DNA of 64,000 bases, from NCBI GenBank assembly GCA_965223415.1, contig OZ245002.1, forward strand, positions 2,784,001 to 2,848,000, written 5' to 3'. The DNA comes from Myxococcota bacterium (lineage in GTDB: Bacteria; Myxococcota_A; UBA9160; UBA6930). Of the stretch, positions 50,350-59,899 are shown piece by piece. How positions within the stretch are numbered: the stretch's first letter is position 1; each line of letters opens with the position of its first letter. The notes under the pieces are model-generated. The model searched no databases, was not told the origin of the DNA, and was given only the letters and a program-made list of their open reading frames with translations. Position numbers and translations under genes: made by a program.

Positions 50350-51597
50350 TCAGTGGCTCGTCTGGGCGGCGCGCTGGAGTCGGGCCTCCCCGGTGCCCTC
50401 GCGCCACCGCGCGGGCCCGGCCAGCTCGGCCCGGTGCTCGGGCTCGAGGGACGGCGGGTCCTTCTCCGGGTCGTCGTAGCGCGCCAGGATCTCGTAGGTC
50501 GTGCTGCGCTGGACCGGCGTACGCCCCATCTCGCGAATCAGCCGCCGCATCTCCTCCGGGGGGAGGTTCTCGCCGAAGTCGGAGCCGCTCTCGCGGCTGA
50601 TGGACTCCTCCATCAGCGTGCCGCCGAAATCGTTGGCTCCGGCTTCGAGGGCGAGCTGGGAGAGCTTCGGGCCCATCTTCACCCACGACATCTGCACGTT
50701 CTGGATCCACGGCCGCAGGAAGAGCCGGCACACCGCGATCAGCCGCAGATCGTCGGCGCCCGAGGGGCCCGGACGCGAGTGCACCCAGTGGCCGAGCACG
50801 TTCTTCTCGTGGATGAAGCCCAGGGGTACGAACTCGGTGAAGCCGCCGGTCTCCTTCTGCAGCTCGCGGATCGCGTCGAGGTGCCTCACCACGTGCGCGG
50901 GCTCCTCGATGTGCCCGTACATGATCGTCGCCGTCGATCGCAGGCCGACGGAGTGGGCCGTACGCACGATCTCCTTCCAGCGCTCGGTCATCAGCTTGTT
51001 CGGCGAGAGCACCTTGCGCACCGAGTCGTCGAGGATCTCCGCCGCGGTACCCGGCATCGTGCCGAGGCCCGCGTCCATGAGCCAGCGCATCTGCTCGTCG
51101 AGGGGCATGCCGCTCTTCTTGGAGATGTGGTCCATCTCCTCCGGCGAGAAGGCGTGGATGTGCAGGTCCGGGAACTCGGCCTTCAGGTGGGTCAGGATGC
51201 CGCGGTAGTGATGGTGGTCCTTCTCCGGATCGATCCCGCCCTGGATGCACACCTCGGTGGCCCCCCGGGCGACGGCGTCCCGCGCCTTGGCGTTGATCTC
51301 CTCGAAGCTGCGGTCGAAGGCGTCGGCCTCGTCCCGGTGCCGGGCGAAGCCGCAGAAGCTGCAACCCACGTAGCAGACGTTGGTGAAGTTGATGTTCCGG
51401 CAGATCACGAAGGAGACGTCGTCGCCGCAATCATCCCCGCGCGCCACGTCCGCGGCCCGCAGCAGCGCGTGGAAGTCCGGCCCCTCCGCGCGCAGCAGCC
51501 GCAGGGCGTCCTCCCGCGAGAGCTCCTTGCCGCCGAGGGACGCATCGAGCAGCGCGGCCACGTCCTTGGAGATGTCCGCGAGCAAGCGTTCCAACAT
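50350..51597 (-). CDS. cofH: FO synthase subunit CofH (radical SAM)
   Basis: RNINFTNVCYVGCSFC, MPGTAAEIL, TGGFTEFVPL and GANDFGGTLMEESISR motifs; coupled to cofG. Confidence 0.85.
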   Translation of the reverse strand: MLERLLADISKDVAALLDASLGGKELSREDALRLLRAEGPDFHALLRAADVARGDDCGDDVSFVICRNINFTNVCYVGCSFCGFARHRDEADAFDRSFEEINAKARDAVARGATEVCIQGGIDPEKDHHHYRGILTHLKAEFPDLHIHAFSPEEMDHISKKSGMPLDEQMRWLMDAGLGTMPGTAAEILDDSVRKVLSPNKLMTERWKEIVRTAHSVGLRSTATIMYGHIEEPAHVVRHLDAIRELQKETGGFTEFVPLGFIHEKNVLGHWVHSRPGPSGADDLRLIAVCRLFLRPWIQNVQMSWVKMGPKLSQLALEAGANDFGGTLMEESISRESGSDFGENLPPEEMRRLIREMGRTPVQRSTTYEILARYDDPEKDPPSLEPEHRAELAGPARWREGTGEARLQRAAQTSH

Positions 51598-52796
51598 CAG
51601 GCAGCCTCCAGGCTCAGGCGCGGGCGAGCCCAGCCGTCCTCGTTCGCCAGGCCGCGGGTCACCTCCAGGACCTCCGGCTCGAAGAAGGAGGCATCGGCCA
51701 GGTGCCGGGGATACACGGGAAGACGCTCCACCAGCTTCTGGCCGGCCACCTCACAGCGATCCCGCAGCTCCACCAGCGCCGGCCAGGGCGCCTCCGGGTT
51801 GATGTAGTCGACGGTGATCGGTGAGACGCCGCCCCAGTCCGAGACGCCGCCCTTCATCAGCTCGCCCATCACCTCGGGCGCCAGGTTCGGCGGCGCCTGC
51901 ACGTGGATGTCGCGGCCGAGCACGAGACGCGCCAACGCCACCCAGCCGATCACCGCTTCGTCGGGAAGCGGCGACGCCCAGCGCATGCGCGTGCCAGGCT
52001 TCGGGTGGAAGGGCTGGATGATCGCCTCCTGGATGTGACCGTGGCGATCGTGCAGGTCGCGGATCGCGAAGAGCGTGTCGATGCGCTCCTCGTCGTCCTC
52101 GCCGATGCCGAGCAGCATGCCCGTGGTGAACGGGATGCGGAGCTCGCCGGCCTCCTCGTGCATCCGCAGCCGCACCTCCGGATCCTTGTCCGGCGCGTAC
52201 TGGTGGGCCTGGCCCTTGCCGCGCAGCCGCGGGCTCGTCGATTCGAGCATCAGCCCCATCGACGCGTTCCAGCGGCGCAGCGCGGTCATCTCCTCCACCG
52301 TGAGGATGCCGGCGTTGGTGTGGGGCAGCATGCCGCCCTCGAAGGAGACCTTGCAGCCCTCCACCAGGTACTCGGCCGTCGAGCGGTAGCCCTCGCCCGC
52401 CAGCCATTCCTTGAAGGCGCGGTAGGCGATCTCCGGCTTGTCGCCGAGGCAGAAGAGCGCCTCGATGCAGCCCATCTGCACGCCGCCCCGGGTGATGCCG
52501 GCGACCTCGTCCAGCGTGTAGGTCTTGGCCTCGGGGGAGTCGGGCAGCTTGGCGAAGGTGCAGTAGGCACAGCGGTCCCGGCACAGGTTGGTGAGCGGGA
52601 TGAAGACGTTGCGGGAGAAGCTCACCAGATGGCCCTGGGCCCGGGTCTTGCTCTCGTGGGCGCCCTCCTGGACCGCCCGGAGCACGCCCGGCTCGGCCAG
52701 GTGCTCGGCCAGCCAGGCCGCCTCGGCGCGCGGGAGGCGCGCCTCGTCGACCGCCCGCTGGACGATCCGGCTCGCCTGGTCGGCGGTGGGGGTCAC
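51597..52796 (-). CDS. cofG: FO synthase subunit CofG (radical SAM)
   Basis: SRNVFIPLTNLCRDRCAYC, LPHTNAG, SMGLMLE, QAPPNL and DWGGVSP.T.D.INPE.PWP motifs. Confidence 0.9.
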   Translation of the reverse strand: MTPTADQASRIVQRAVDEARLPRAEAAWLAEHLAEPGVLRAVQEGAHESKTRAQGHLVSFSRNVFIPLTNLCRDRCAYCTFAKLPDSPEAKTYTLDEVAGITRGGVQMGCIEALFCLGDKPEIAYRAFKEWLAGEGYRSTAEYLVEGCKVSFEGGMLPHTNAGILTVEEMTALRRWNASMGLMLESTSPRLRGKGQAHQYAPDKDPEVRLRMHEEAGELRIPFTTGMLLGIGEDDEERIDTLFAIRDLHDRHGHIQEAIIQPFHPKPGTRMRWASPLPDEAVIGWVALARLVLGRDIHVQAPPNLAPEVMGELMKGGVSDWGGVSPITVDYINPEAPWPALVELRDRCEVAGQKLVERLPVYPRHLADASFFEPEVLEVTRGLANEDGWARPRLSLEAA

Positions 52797-52852
52797 GGCC
52801 ACAGGGTAGCGCGACGCGGGCCACGGAACGCAGGACATCCCTCCACGGGCCC

Positions 52853-54529
52853 CTACTCGGCGTCGACGCCGACCCAGCCCCGCAGGGTGGCCGGATCGGT
52901 CTGGTGCAGGAAGTCGCCTGCGGGCACGTCCCCGGCGCGCTCCTTGATCGCGCGGAAGAGCCCGACCAGGGCGGGCGCCATCTTCTCGCCCGAGATCCGC
53001 TCGTAGAGCGGCCGGGCGATGCGGTCCCCGCCCCGGGAGCCGCCCACGAGCACCACGTGGTCGTTCTTCCCGTAGCCATAGATGCCGATCTCGGCGGAGG
53101 GCGGCCGCACGCAGTTGTTCGGACAGCCGGTCATGCGGATGACCACGTCCACGTCGCCGAGCCCCTCGGCCTCGAGGGCGTCGAACCAGCTGGGCAGGAT
53201 GTTCTCGGCGTCGGTCATGGCCAGGCCGCAGGTGGGCTTGGCGGGGCAGGCCATGGCGTTGGCCCGGGCGCGCTGCCCGCGCGCCGGCGCGGCGATGCCG
53301 TGGCGCTCCAGGATCGCGTCCAGGGCGGCGCGATCGGCCACGTCGCACAGGATCAGGTCCTGCTGCGGCGTCAGCACCACCGAGAGGCCGAGCTGCTCCA
53401 CCGCCTCGCGGACGGCGGCGCGCTGGGCGCCCTTGAGGCGACCGGCCTCGACGGAGAGGCCGTAGTAGCTGCCGCCGCCGCGCTGCTCGTGCCAGCCGAG
53501 GTGGAGCTCCATCGGCGGCAGCGTCGCGGGCTCGGCGGCGTCCTCGAGCTCGATCCCGAAGCGCTCGCGCAGGGCGGCCTTCACTGCGTCCACGCCGAGA
53601 CGCCGGATCGTGTACTTCCAGCGAGCCTGCTTGCGGTCCTTCCGATCGCCGTTCTCCTTCTGCAGGAGCACGATCGCCCGGCAGACGTCCGCCACCTGCT
53701 CGCGGCGGATGCGGCCCAGGTGGAGGCCCAGCAGCGCCGCGGTCTTCGGGTTGTTGTGGGAGAGCCCGAGCCCACCCCCGGTGTAGAGCTCCCAGACCGC
53801 TCCCTCCGGGTCGACGGGCACCAGGCCCACGTCCTGGGTGCGCACGTCGACCGAGTTGTCGCTCGGGTGCGCGAGGCCGATCTTGAACTTGCGCGGCAGG
53901 TAGTGCTCGCCGTAGATCGGCTCGTCGGGGGTGACCCGCCCGGCCGTCGCCCCGTCCTCGTCGGTGAGGAAGATCTCGAAGTAGCTCGTCGTGCGCGGCG
54001 CCAGCTCCGTAGCGATCGCGTGGGAGAGCTCGAGCGCACCGCAGGCGTTGTCCGGATCGAGGGTGTCGATGGGCGAGCCCATGACGTTGCGATTCACGTC
54101 ACCGCACGCGCCGAGCGTGCCGTGATCCAGGTAGCCCCGATTCAGGTGCCGGACCATGACGCCGAGCTTGTCGCCGTACACCCGGTGGTACTGGATCGCC
54201 TGGCGGGAGGTGATGCGCAGGGTGCCGTCGGCGTAGGCGTCCGCCGCCTCGTCGAGGGCGATCCACTGCCTGGCCGTCAGCCGCCCGCCCGCCGGATTCT
54301 TGATCCGGATCATGAAGAAGTAGTCCTGGGTCTTCTTCCCGCGTTCACCCCGGCCCTGCTGCTTGTAGATCCCGAAGAACTTGGAGAGCTCCTTCGCCGT
54401 GCCCGAGATCGTCTGGCGCTCACCCCGGGTCATCTGGTCGAGCTCGTCCCGGAAGCTGTGGGGCTCCTTCGGGTCCGAGACGTAGAAGAGCCCCTTGCTC
54501 TCGACCTTGATCCGCTCGTTCTTGGACAT
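52853..54529 (-). CDS. cysI: Assimilatory sulfite reductase hemoprotein (CysI/Sir type)
   Basis: ITSRQ, ACGDVNRN, YLPRKFK, ACPAKPTCGLA and RMTGCPNNC (siroheme/4Fe-4S) motifs. Confidence 0.85.
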   Translation of the reverse strand: MSKNERIKVESKGLFYVSDPKEPHSFRDELDQMTRGERQTISGTAKELSKFFGIYKQQGRGERGKKTQDYFFMIRIKNPAGGRLTARQWIALDEAADAYADGTLRITSRQAIQYHRVYGDKLGVMVRHLNRGYLDHGTLGACGDVNRNVMGSPIDTLDPDNACGALELSHAIATELAPRTTSYFEIFLTDEDGATAGRVTPDEPIYGEHYLPRKFKIGLAHPSDNSVDVRTQDVGLVPVDPEGAVWELYTGGGLGLSHNNPKTAALLGLHLGRIRREQVADVCRAIVLLQKENGDRKDRKQARWKYTIRRLGVDAVKAALRERFGIELEDAAEPATLPPMELHLGWHEQRGGGSYYGLSVEAGRLKGAQRAAVREAVEQLGLSVVLTPQQDLILCDVADRAALDAILERHGIAAPARGQRARANAMACPAKPTCGLAMTDAENILPSWFDALEAEGLGDVDVVIRMTGCPNNCVRPPSAEIGIYGYGKNDHVVLVGGSRGGDRIARPLYERISGEKMAPALVGLFRAIKERAGDVPAGDFLHQTDPATLRGWVGVDAE

Positions 54530-54806
54530 GTCCGCGAGCGAGCCGGTCTCGAGGGTGACAGCCGGGCCGGGGGGGGCTTCGCGAGCCACTTGGGTCTCCT
54601 GGGGGCGGCGGGGAGGACCGGGGGCGGTGTCGGGCCCCCGGGGAAGGAAGACGCAGAGGCTACCCCACGGCCAATTGGGGAGGAAGTCCCAGGAGATCTC
54701 ATCCCCTGGGGGATTCCTGTGCCCCTCCGCGGGTCACCTACTTCCAGGCACCGGTCAAGACCCGACTTCCCCGGACCGATGCCCGGACCTGGAGACCGCT
54801 CGCCAT

Positions 54807-55685
54807 ATGAAGCTGCCGTGGGCCAACCTTCGCCAAAGGCCGAACCTGAGCCTTCGCCTGGGGCTCTTCACCCTCGCCGCCTGCCTGCTCACGATGGGAG
54901 CGGGTGCCATGGAGCCCGTCCTCGGGTGGGAGTACGCCGGCTGGATGGTCGCCGCCGTGGCGGGCGCCGGGGCGGCCCTGTGGGCGCGCCCCCTCCAGGC
55001 CGTGCTGGACGCCGCCCACCGGCTGGTCGCCGGCGAGGACGTGACCGTCCCGGACGACTGGAGCGAGGGCGAGCTCCGTTTCCTCGCTCGCGCCGTCCAG
55101 GAGCTCGGCCGGAAGCTCGACCAGAGCCGCCGCGACCTCGAAGCCCGCAACCACGAGCTCGAGCGTGCGAACGACGTGCTGGAGCAGCTCTCCATCACCG
55201 ACGGGCTCACCCGCCTCCACAACCACCGCCACTTCCAGGACCGCTACCACAGCGAGGCCCGGCGCTCGGAGCGCACCGCCCAGCCTCTCTGCCTGGTCCT
55301 GATCGACATCGACGATTTCAAGCGCCTGAACGACGTCCACGGCCACAGTGCGGGGGACAAGGTCCTGGCCGGCGTCGCCGAAGTGATGAACGCACAGGTG
55401 CGCGAGACCGACTACCTCGCGCGCTACGGCGGTGAAGAGTTCGCGATGCTGCTCCCGGAGACGGACCTGACGGGTACCATGCAGCTCATCGAGAAGCTCC
55501 GCTTCGCGGTGGCCGAGGCCCGCTTCGACGTGGGTGGCGCGGAGGCGCCGATCGGCGTCACCGTCTCGGCGGGCGTGGCGATCTTCTCGGGCGACGCGGA
55601 CGAGGCCTTCGACGCTGCGGATCGGGCGCTCTACGAGGCGAAGGCGGGCGGAAAGGACTGCGTGGTGGCGGCCGCCAGCCGCTAG
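54807..55685 (+). CDS. Membrane-anchored diguanylate cyclase
   Basis: Two TM segments, coiled coil, TDGLT, DIDDFK..ND..GH, RETD I-site and GGEEF. Confidence 0.92.
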   Translation: MKLPWANLRQRPNLSLRLGLFTLAACLLTMGAGAMEPVLGWEYAGWMVAAVAGAGAALWARPLQAVLDAAHRLVAGEDVTVPDDWSEGELRFLARAVQELGRKLDQSRRDLEARNHELERANDVLEQLSITDGLTRLHNHRHFQDRYHSEARRSERTAQPLCLVLIDIDDFKRLNDVHGHSAGDKVLAGVAEVMNAQVRETDYLARYGGEEFAMLLPETDLTGTMQLIEKLRFAVAEARFDVGGAEAPIGVTVSAGVAIFSGDADEAFDAADRALYEAKAGGKDCVVAAASR

Positions 55686-55700
55686 GCTGCTGCTACCACC

Positions 55701-56405
55701 GTGCCGAACCCCTATCAGCCCCCGAGGTCGCGGGTCTGGTCGGAGGATCCCGCGCCGCCTTCCTTCGCCCGCGCGTTGGACGCGGCCGTCGGGGCGGTCA
55801 ATGGGCCCTTCCTCCTCCTGATCCTGCCGGTCGCGACGCTCGATCACTTCCTCATCGCGGTCGAGGCCCCGCTTCCCGTGGAGCTCGCGCTCTTCGTCGT
55901 GAGCGGATTCCTCATCGCGCCCCTGCAGGCCTGCCTGTGCATCGCGTCGGCCCGCGCGGCGCGTCGCGGGACGGCGGCCGCCCCAGGGCCGTTGCTTCGG
56001 TCGGCAATCGGGGCCTGGCCTCGGGTCACGATCGCGCTACTCCTCCCGACGCTGCTGATCTTCGTCGGCTTCGTGCTCCTCATCGTCCCGGGAATCGTCC
56101 TCATGGTCCGCTATGCATTCGTCGACGCCATGGCGTTCGAAGGCGAGGCTGAGCCGGCCGACTGCGGAAAGGCGAGTGCCGCGATCGCTCGCGGCCGCGC
56201 CGGCCTCGTGACCGCCGTCCTGCTGGCGTTCCTCGCCCCGTCGATAGCGCTCTCGGGAGTTTCGCCCTTCCTGAGCGAGCTCGATGGCTTCCCACTGGAG
56301 ACGCTGGTGCCGGTCTTCGACGTTTCGTGCGCGGTCTGGCTGACGCTCTCTTCCTCCGCGTGCTGGGCCATCTACGTCGACCTTCGCGGGGATCCCCGCC
56401 CCTGA
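55701..56405 (+). CDS. Hypothetical membrane protein
   Basis: NPYQPP N-terminus, GFVLLIVPGI and several TM segments. Confidence 0.7.
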   Translation: MPNPYQPPRSRVWSEDPAPPSFARALDAAVGAVNGPFLLLILPVATLDHFLIAVEAPLPVELALFVVSGFLIAPLQACLCIASARAARRGTAAAPGPLLRSAIGAWPRVTIALLLPTLLIFVGFVLLIVPGIVLMVRYAFVDAMAFEGEAEPADCGKASAAIARGRAGLVTAVLLAFLAPSIALSGVSPFLSELDGFPLETLVPVFDVSCAVWLTLSSSACWAIYVDLRGDPRP

Positions 56406-56425
56406 GACGCGCCTACACTCGCGGG

Positions 56426-56869
56426 ATGCTCTACTTCGAAGACGTCGCCGCGGGTCGGGAGCGGGAGCTCGGGAGCCACCGGGTGTCGCGCGAGGAGATC
56501 GTGCGCTTCGCGACCGAGTGGGATCCGCAGCCGTTCCACATCGACGAGGAGGCGGCGGGCCGCTCGGTCTTCGGCGGCCTCACCGCGTCCTCCTGTCACA
56601 CCTACGCGATCTCCTCCCTCGTCTTCTCGCGCCACCCCGAGCGGCTGGCCACGGCGGCGATGCTGGGCCTCTCGCTCCGGTTCCCCGCTCCGGTCCGGCC
56701 CGGGGACGAGCTGCGGCTGCTGGACGAGTGCCTCGAGAAGCGCCTCTCGGACTCCCGGCCCGGGCTCGGGATCGTGAAGTCCCGGACGGCGCTCGTGAAC
56801 CAGGCGGAGGAGGAGGTCTTCGTGATGGAGTCGAGCTACCTGGTGCGGTGCCGCGACGCCCCCGCCTAG
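56426..56869 (+). CDS. MaoC-family dehydratase
   Basis: WDPQPFHID, FGGLTAS..HT and PVRPGD motifs. Confidence 0.9.
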   Translation: MLYFEDVAAGRERELGSHRVSREEIVRFATEWDPQPFHIDEEAAGRSVFGGLTASSCHTYAISSLVFSRHPERLATAAMLGLSLRFPAPVRPGDELRLLDECLEKRLSDSRPGLGIVKSRTALVNQAEEEVFVMESSYLVRCRDAPA

Positions 56870-57720
56870 CGACGGCCTCGTAGGATCGCGAGGACGAGCA
56901 CCAGCGGAAAGCCGCTCATCGAGTAGGCGCCGGCGAAGAGCCCCAGGTCGAGCCGGCCGAGGGAGCCGACCGCCACGATGATGGTGAGCGCCAGGTTGCG
57001 CGCTCCGAACTCGATCAGGAAGGTGAAGCGATCGTGGGGGTCGAGGGCCAGGGCGTTGCCGAGGCCCCAGCCGATGGCCATCGCGCACACCGTCCATGCG
57101 ACGGCCGCCAGGACCGCCCAGGCGAACTCGGCGCCGGTGGGCAGGAGGTCGTTGCCGGAGGCGGCGCCCAGCACCGTGGCGATCAGGATCGCGATCACGG
57201 CGAACCGGTTGGCCCGGGAGACGTAGGCCTTCGAGGCCTCGGGCCGCCTGGAGCGCACCCACATGCCGATGCCGATCGGGATCGCGAGGAAGAAGACGAG
57301 CTGGGAGACGAGGAAGCCGACCGGCACGTCGACGTCGACACCGTCCTCGAGGAACATCCGGATCCCGACCGCTGCGAGCAGCGGCAGGCTCACCACCGCG
57401 AGCAGCGACGCGACCGCCGTCAGCGTGACCGAGAGTGCCACGTTGGCGCCGGCCACCGCAGCCATCACGTTCGACATCCCCGCGCCGGGCGTCGCCGCCA
57501 GCAGGATCGCGCCCACGGCGAAGGCGGGCGAGATGTCGATCAGCGTGACGATGCCCCAGGTCATGAGGGGCAGGAGCAGGAGCTGGCCGAGCGTCCCTCC
57601 GATGACGGCGCGGGGCGCAGCCACGACCCGACGGAAATCGTCGGGCACGAGCTGCAGCCCCACGACGAACATCAGGGGCACCAGGATCAGGGGCCCGAGG
57701 AGCTGCTCGGGGTTCTCCAG
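56866..57720 (-). CDS. Bile acid:sodium symporter family transporter; start uncertain (CTG 57720 or GTG 57681)
   Basis: MFVVGL, QLLLLP, PGAGMSN, ANVALSV and EFGARN motifs. Confidence 0.85.
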   Translation of the reverse strand: MENPEQLLGPLILVPLMFVVGLQLVPDDFRRVVAAPRAVIGGTLGQLLLLPLMTWGIVTLIDISPAFAVGAILLAATPGAGMSNVMAAVAGANVALSVTLTAVASLLAVVSLPLLAAVGIRMFLEDGVDVDVPVGFLVSQLVFFLAIPIGIGMWVRSRRPEASKAYVSRANRFAVIAILIATVLGAASGNDLLPTGAEFAWAVLAAVAWTVCAMAIGWGLGNALALDPHDRFTFLIEFGARNLALTIIVAVGSLGRLDLGLFAGAYSMSGFPLVLVLAILRGRR

Positions 57721-57723
57721 GCG

Positions 57724-58143
57724 TCAGCTCGCGGCGGGGGATCCGGGCCCCTGCTCGAAGGCCGGAATGCCCTCGGGCTTCGGGTGGAAGGGCTGTGCGT
57801 CGCACAGGAAGATCGCCATCTCGGGCTTGAAGATGCTGGGATCGTCGAAGACGCCGACCTTGGTCATCAGCACCCCCGGCATCGTGGGCACGCGGGTCGT
57901 GATGTGGGTGCCGCACTCGGCGCAGAATTCGCGGGTCACGGCGTTCTCGATGTCGGTGCGGGTGAAGCCCTTCGGCGTTCCCTTCGTGTACTTGAAGCTG
58001 GCCTCGGGCAGCGCCATCACGTAGTTCGGCCCGCCGCCCGAGGCGTACTGGCACTCTCGGCAGTGGCATTGGCCCTGGAACATCGGATCGCCTTCGGACA
58101 CGAACTGCACGGCGCCGCAGTAGCAGTGGCCTTCGATCTTCAT
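57724..58143 (-). CDS. GFA (glutathione-dependent formaldehyde-activating) family protein
   Basis: GHCYCG, CHCRECQ and FCAECGT motifs; AGGAGG RBS. Confidence 0.92.
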   Translation of the reverse strand: MKIEGHCYCGAVQFVSEGDPMFQGQCHCRECQYASGGGPNYVMALPEASFKYTKGTPKGFTRTDIENAVTREFCAECGTHITTRVPTMPGVLMTKVGVFDDPSIFKPEMAIFLCDAQPFHPKPEGIPAFEQGPGSPAAS

Positions 58144-58279
58144 CGGGGGTTCCTCCTTCGGGGTTCCGGGAAGCTACCACGGAGCCCGAACCCCCAGGGG
58201 GCCGAATCGCCTTCGTTGACGGTGGAAGTCCTGGGCTCTACAGAGTCGGACCCGGCCGGCCGACGACGAAGGCGCCGCA

Positions 58280-59899
58280 ATGACCACGCCCAGTCCCAAC
58301 GACGAGCCCCGAGCGCGGAGCGGGGTGCGCGCCCTCGCCGCCCTGCTCTTCGGCATCGGCCTGGTGAGCCGCCTCGTCCCCTTCCGCGACCAGGGGGGCC
58401 GCCTGCTTCGCCAGTTCCCGACCGAGGACGGCTACCTGATGCTCACGATGGCCCGGAACCTGGGCATCGGAAACGGGATGAGCATCGCCGACGGCACGAT
58501 CCCGACGAACGGGACCCAGCCCCTCGCGACGATGCTCTGGAGCGTGGTCTTCGCCCTGGTGGACGGCGACAAGCGGGCCGGCGTGGCGGGGGTGTTGGCC
58601 CTCGAGGTCGTGATCTCCCTCGCCGCCGCCGGCATGCTCTTCCTTCTCGCCCGGCGTGTCCTGGCCGGCGTTCGCGAGGGAACGGCCGTGGCGTTGCTCG
58701 CTTCGTCCGCCTGGTTCGCGAGCGCCCAGACCGCCCGCCACGCGATGAACTGCCTCGAGACCGGCCTGGCCGTGCTGGTGGTCACGACCTTCTTCTGGGC
58801 CCTGCTGCGCCTGGCCGAAGACGCCCCGGCCCGTCCGGCCCTCGGCCGCTGGGCGGCCCTCGGCGCTTTGCTAGGCGTCTCCTTCTGGGCCCGCATCGAC
58901 GCCGTGCTGCTGTGCGTAGCGCTGGGCGTGGCCCACCTGGCGGGCTGGCTGCCGATCTGGCGGTCCGGCTTCCGCGACCGCTTCCTCGAGCTGGGCGCGG
59001 CGGGCACCGCCACCGCCGTGATCGCCTCGCCCTGGCTCGTGCACAACCTGGTGCGCTTCGGCAGCATCATGCCGGTGAGCGGCCAGTCCGAGGGCTTCCG
59101 GGTCGCCCTGGGGCGGGAGCTTCCCTACGTGCCCGCCAAGCTCGTCGAGTACCTGTCGGTGATCCTCCAGCTCCCGAGCCGCCTCGAGACCCATCCCGCG
59201 TTCATCTCGGCGGCCGTCGCGGCACTCGGGCTCGCCGGCTACGCCCTCGCGCGCCGCTTCCCGGGCTGGTCGGCACCCGCGCGGAGTCTGGCCACCCTCG
59301 GGCTGCTGCTCGGCGCGGGCCTCGTCCTGTGGTACGGCCTGGTCTTCGGCGCCGGCCACTTCATGTCCCGCTACCTGTTCCCGCTGAGCCCGCTGCTCGC
59401 GATCCTGACCACAGCAGCCGTCTTCGGCTGCGTCCATCGCCGCGGCCAGGCCGCCCTCGGCTGGGCCGCCGCCGCGGCGGTCGTCGTCACGGTGGCGGGC
59501 CTCAACGCTCGCCTCTACGCCGGCGGCACCGACCACGCCCACTTCCACGTCGTGGCCTGGGTCGACGAGCACGTCCCCGAGAACGTCTGGGTCGGTGCCA
59601 TCCAGACCGGCACCCTGGGCTTCTTCCACGACCGCACCATCAATCTCGACGGCAAGGTCAACCCCCACGCGATGGAGGCTCGTCGCAGTCACACCATCCC
59701 TGCCTACGTCGAGCGCTCGGACATCCAGTACCTCGCCGACTGGAAGGGCATCACCTTCTGGGCGAACCACTACCCGGAGATCTGGGAGAACTTCGAGGTG
59801 CTGATCGCGGAGGACGACCCGAGCTTCGGTGTGCTGATGCGACACGGGGCGCCGCGGAAGGAGCGGCGGACCCGGGCGGACGCGGCGGCCCGTCCCTAG
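58280..59899 (+). CDS. Integral membrane glycosyltransferase-like protein (GT-C/ArnT-like)
   Basis: EDGY..L..ARN, NG.QPL, LET, ARID, RY..P and INLDG motifs; more than 10 TM segments. Confidence 0.7.
   Translation: MTTPSPNDEPRARSGVRALAALLFGIGLVSRLVPFRDQGGRLLRQFPTEDGYLMLTMARNLGIGNGMSIADGTIPTNGTQPLATMLWSVVFALVDGDKRAGVAGVLALEVVISLAAAGMLFLLARRVLAGVREGTAVALLASSAWFASAQTARHAMNCLETGLAVLVVTTFFWALLRLAEDAPARPALGRWAALGALLGVSFWARIDAVLLCVALGVAHLAGWLPIWRSGFRDRFLELGAAGTATAVIASPWLVHNLVRFGSIMPVSGQSEGFRVALGRELPYVPAKLVEYLSVILQLPSRLETHPAFISAAVAALGLAGYALARRFPGWSAPARSLATLGLLLGAGLVLWYGLVFGAGHFMSRYLFPLSPLLAILTTAAVFGCVHRRGQAALGWAAAAAVVVTVAGLNARLYAGGTDHAHFHVVAWVDEHVPENVWVGAIQTGTLGFFHDRTINLDGKVNPHAMEARRSHTIPAYVERSDIQYLADWKGITFWANHYPEIWENFEVLIAEDDPSFGVLMRHGAPRKERRTRADAAARP

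Noticed and set aside
50350..51597. MqnC/MqnE (futalosine pathway) assignment
   Set aside because: Direct coupling to a clear cofG and the GTLMEESISR motif favour CofH.
54600..54800. Riboswitch in the cysI / diguanylate cyclase intergenic region (imperfect hairpin at ~54680-54718)
   Set aside because: No SAM or c-di-GMP riboswitch consensus recognised; the hairpin is plausible by chance at this GC content.
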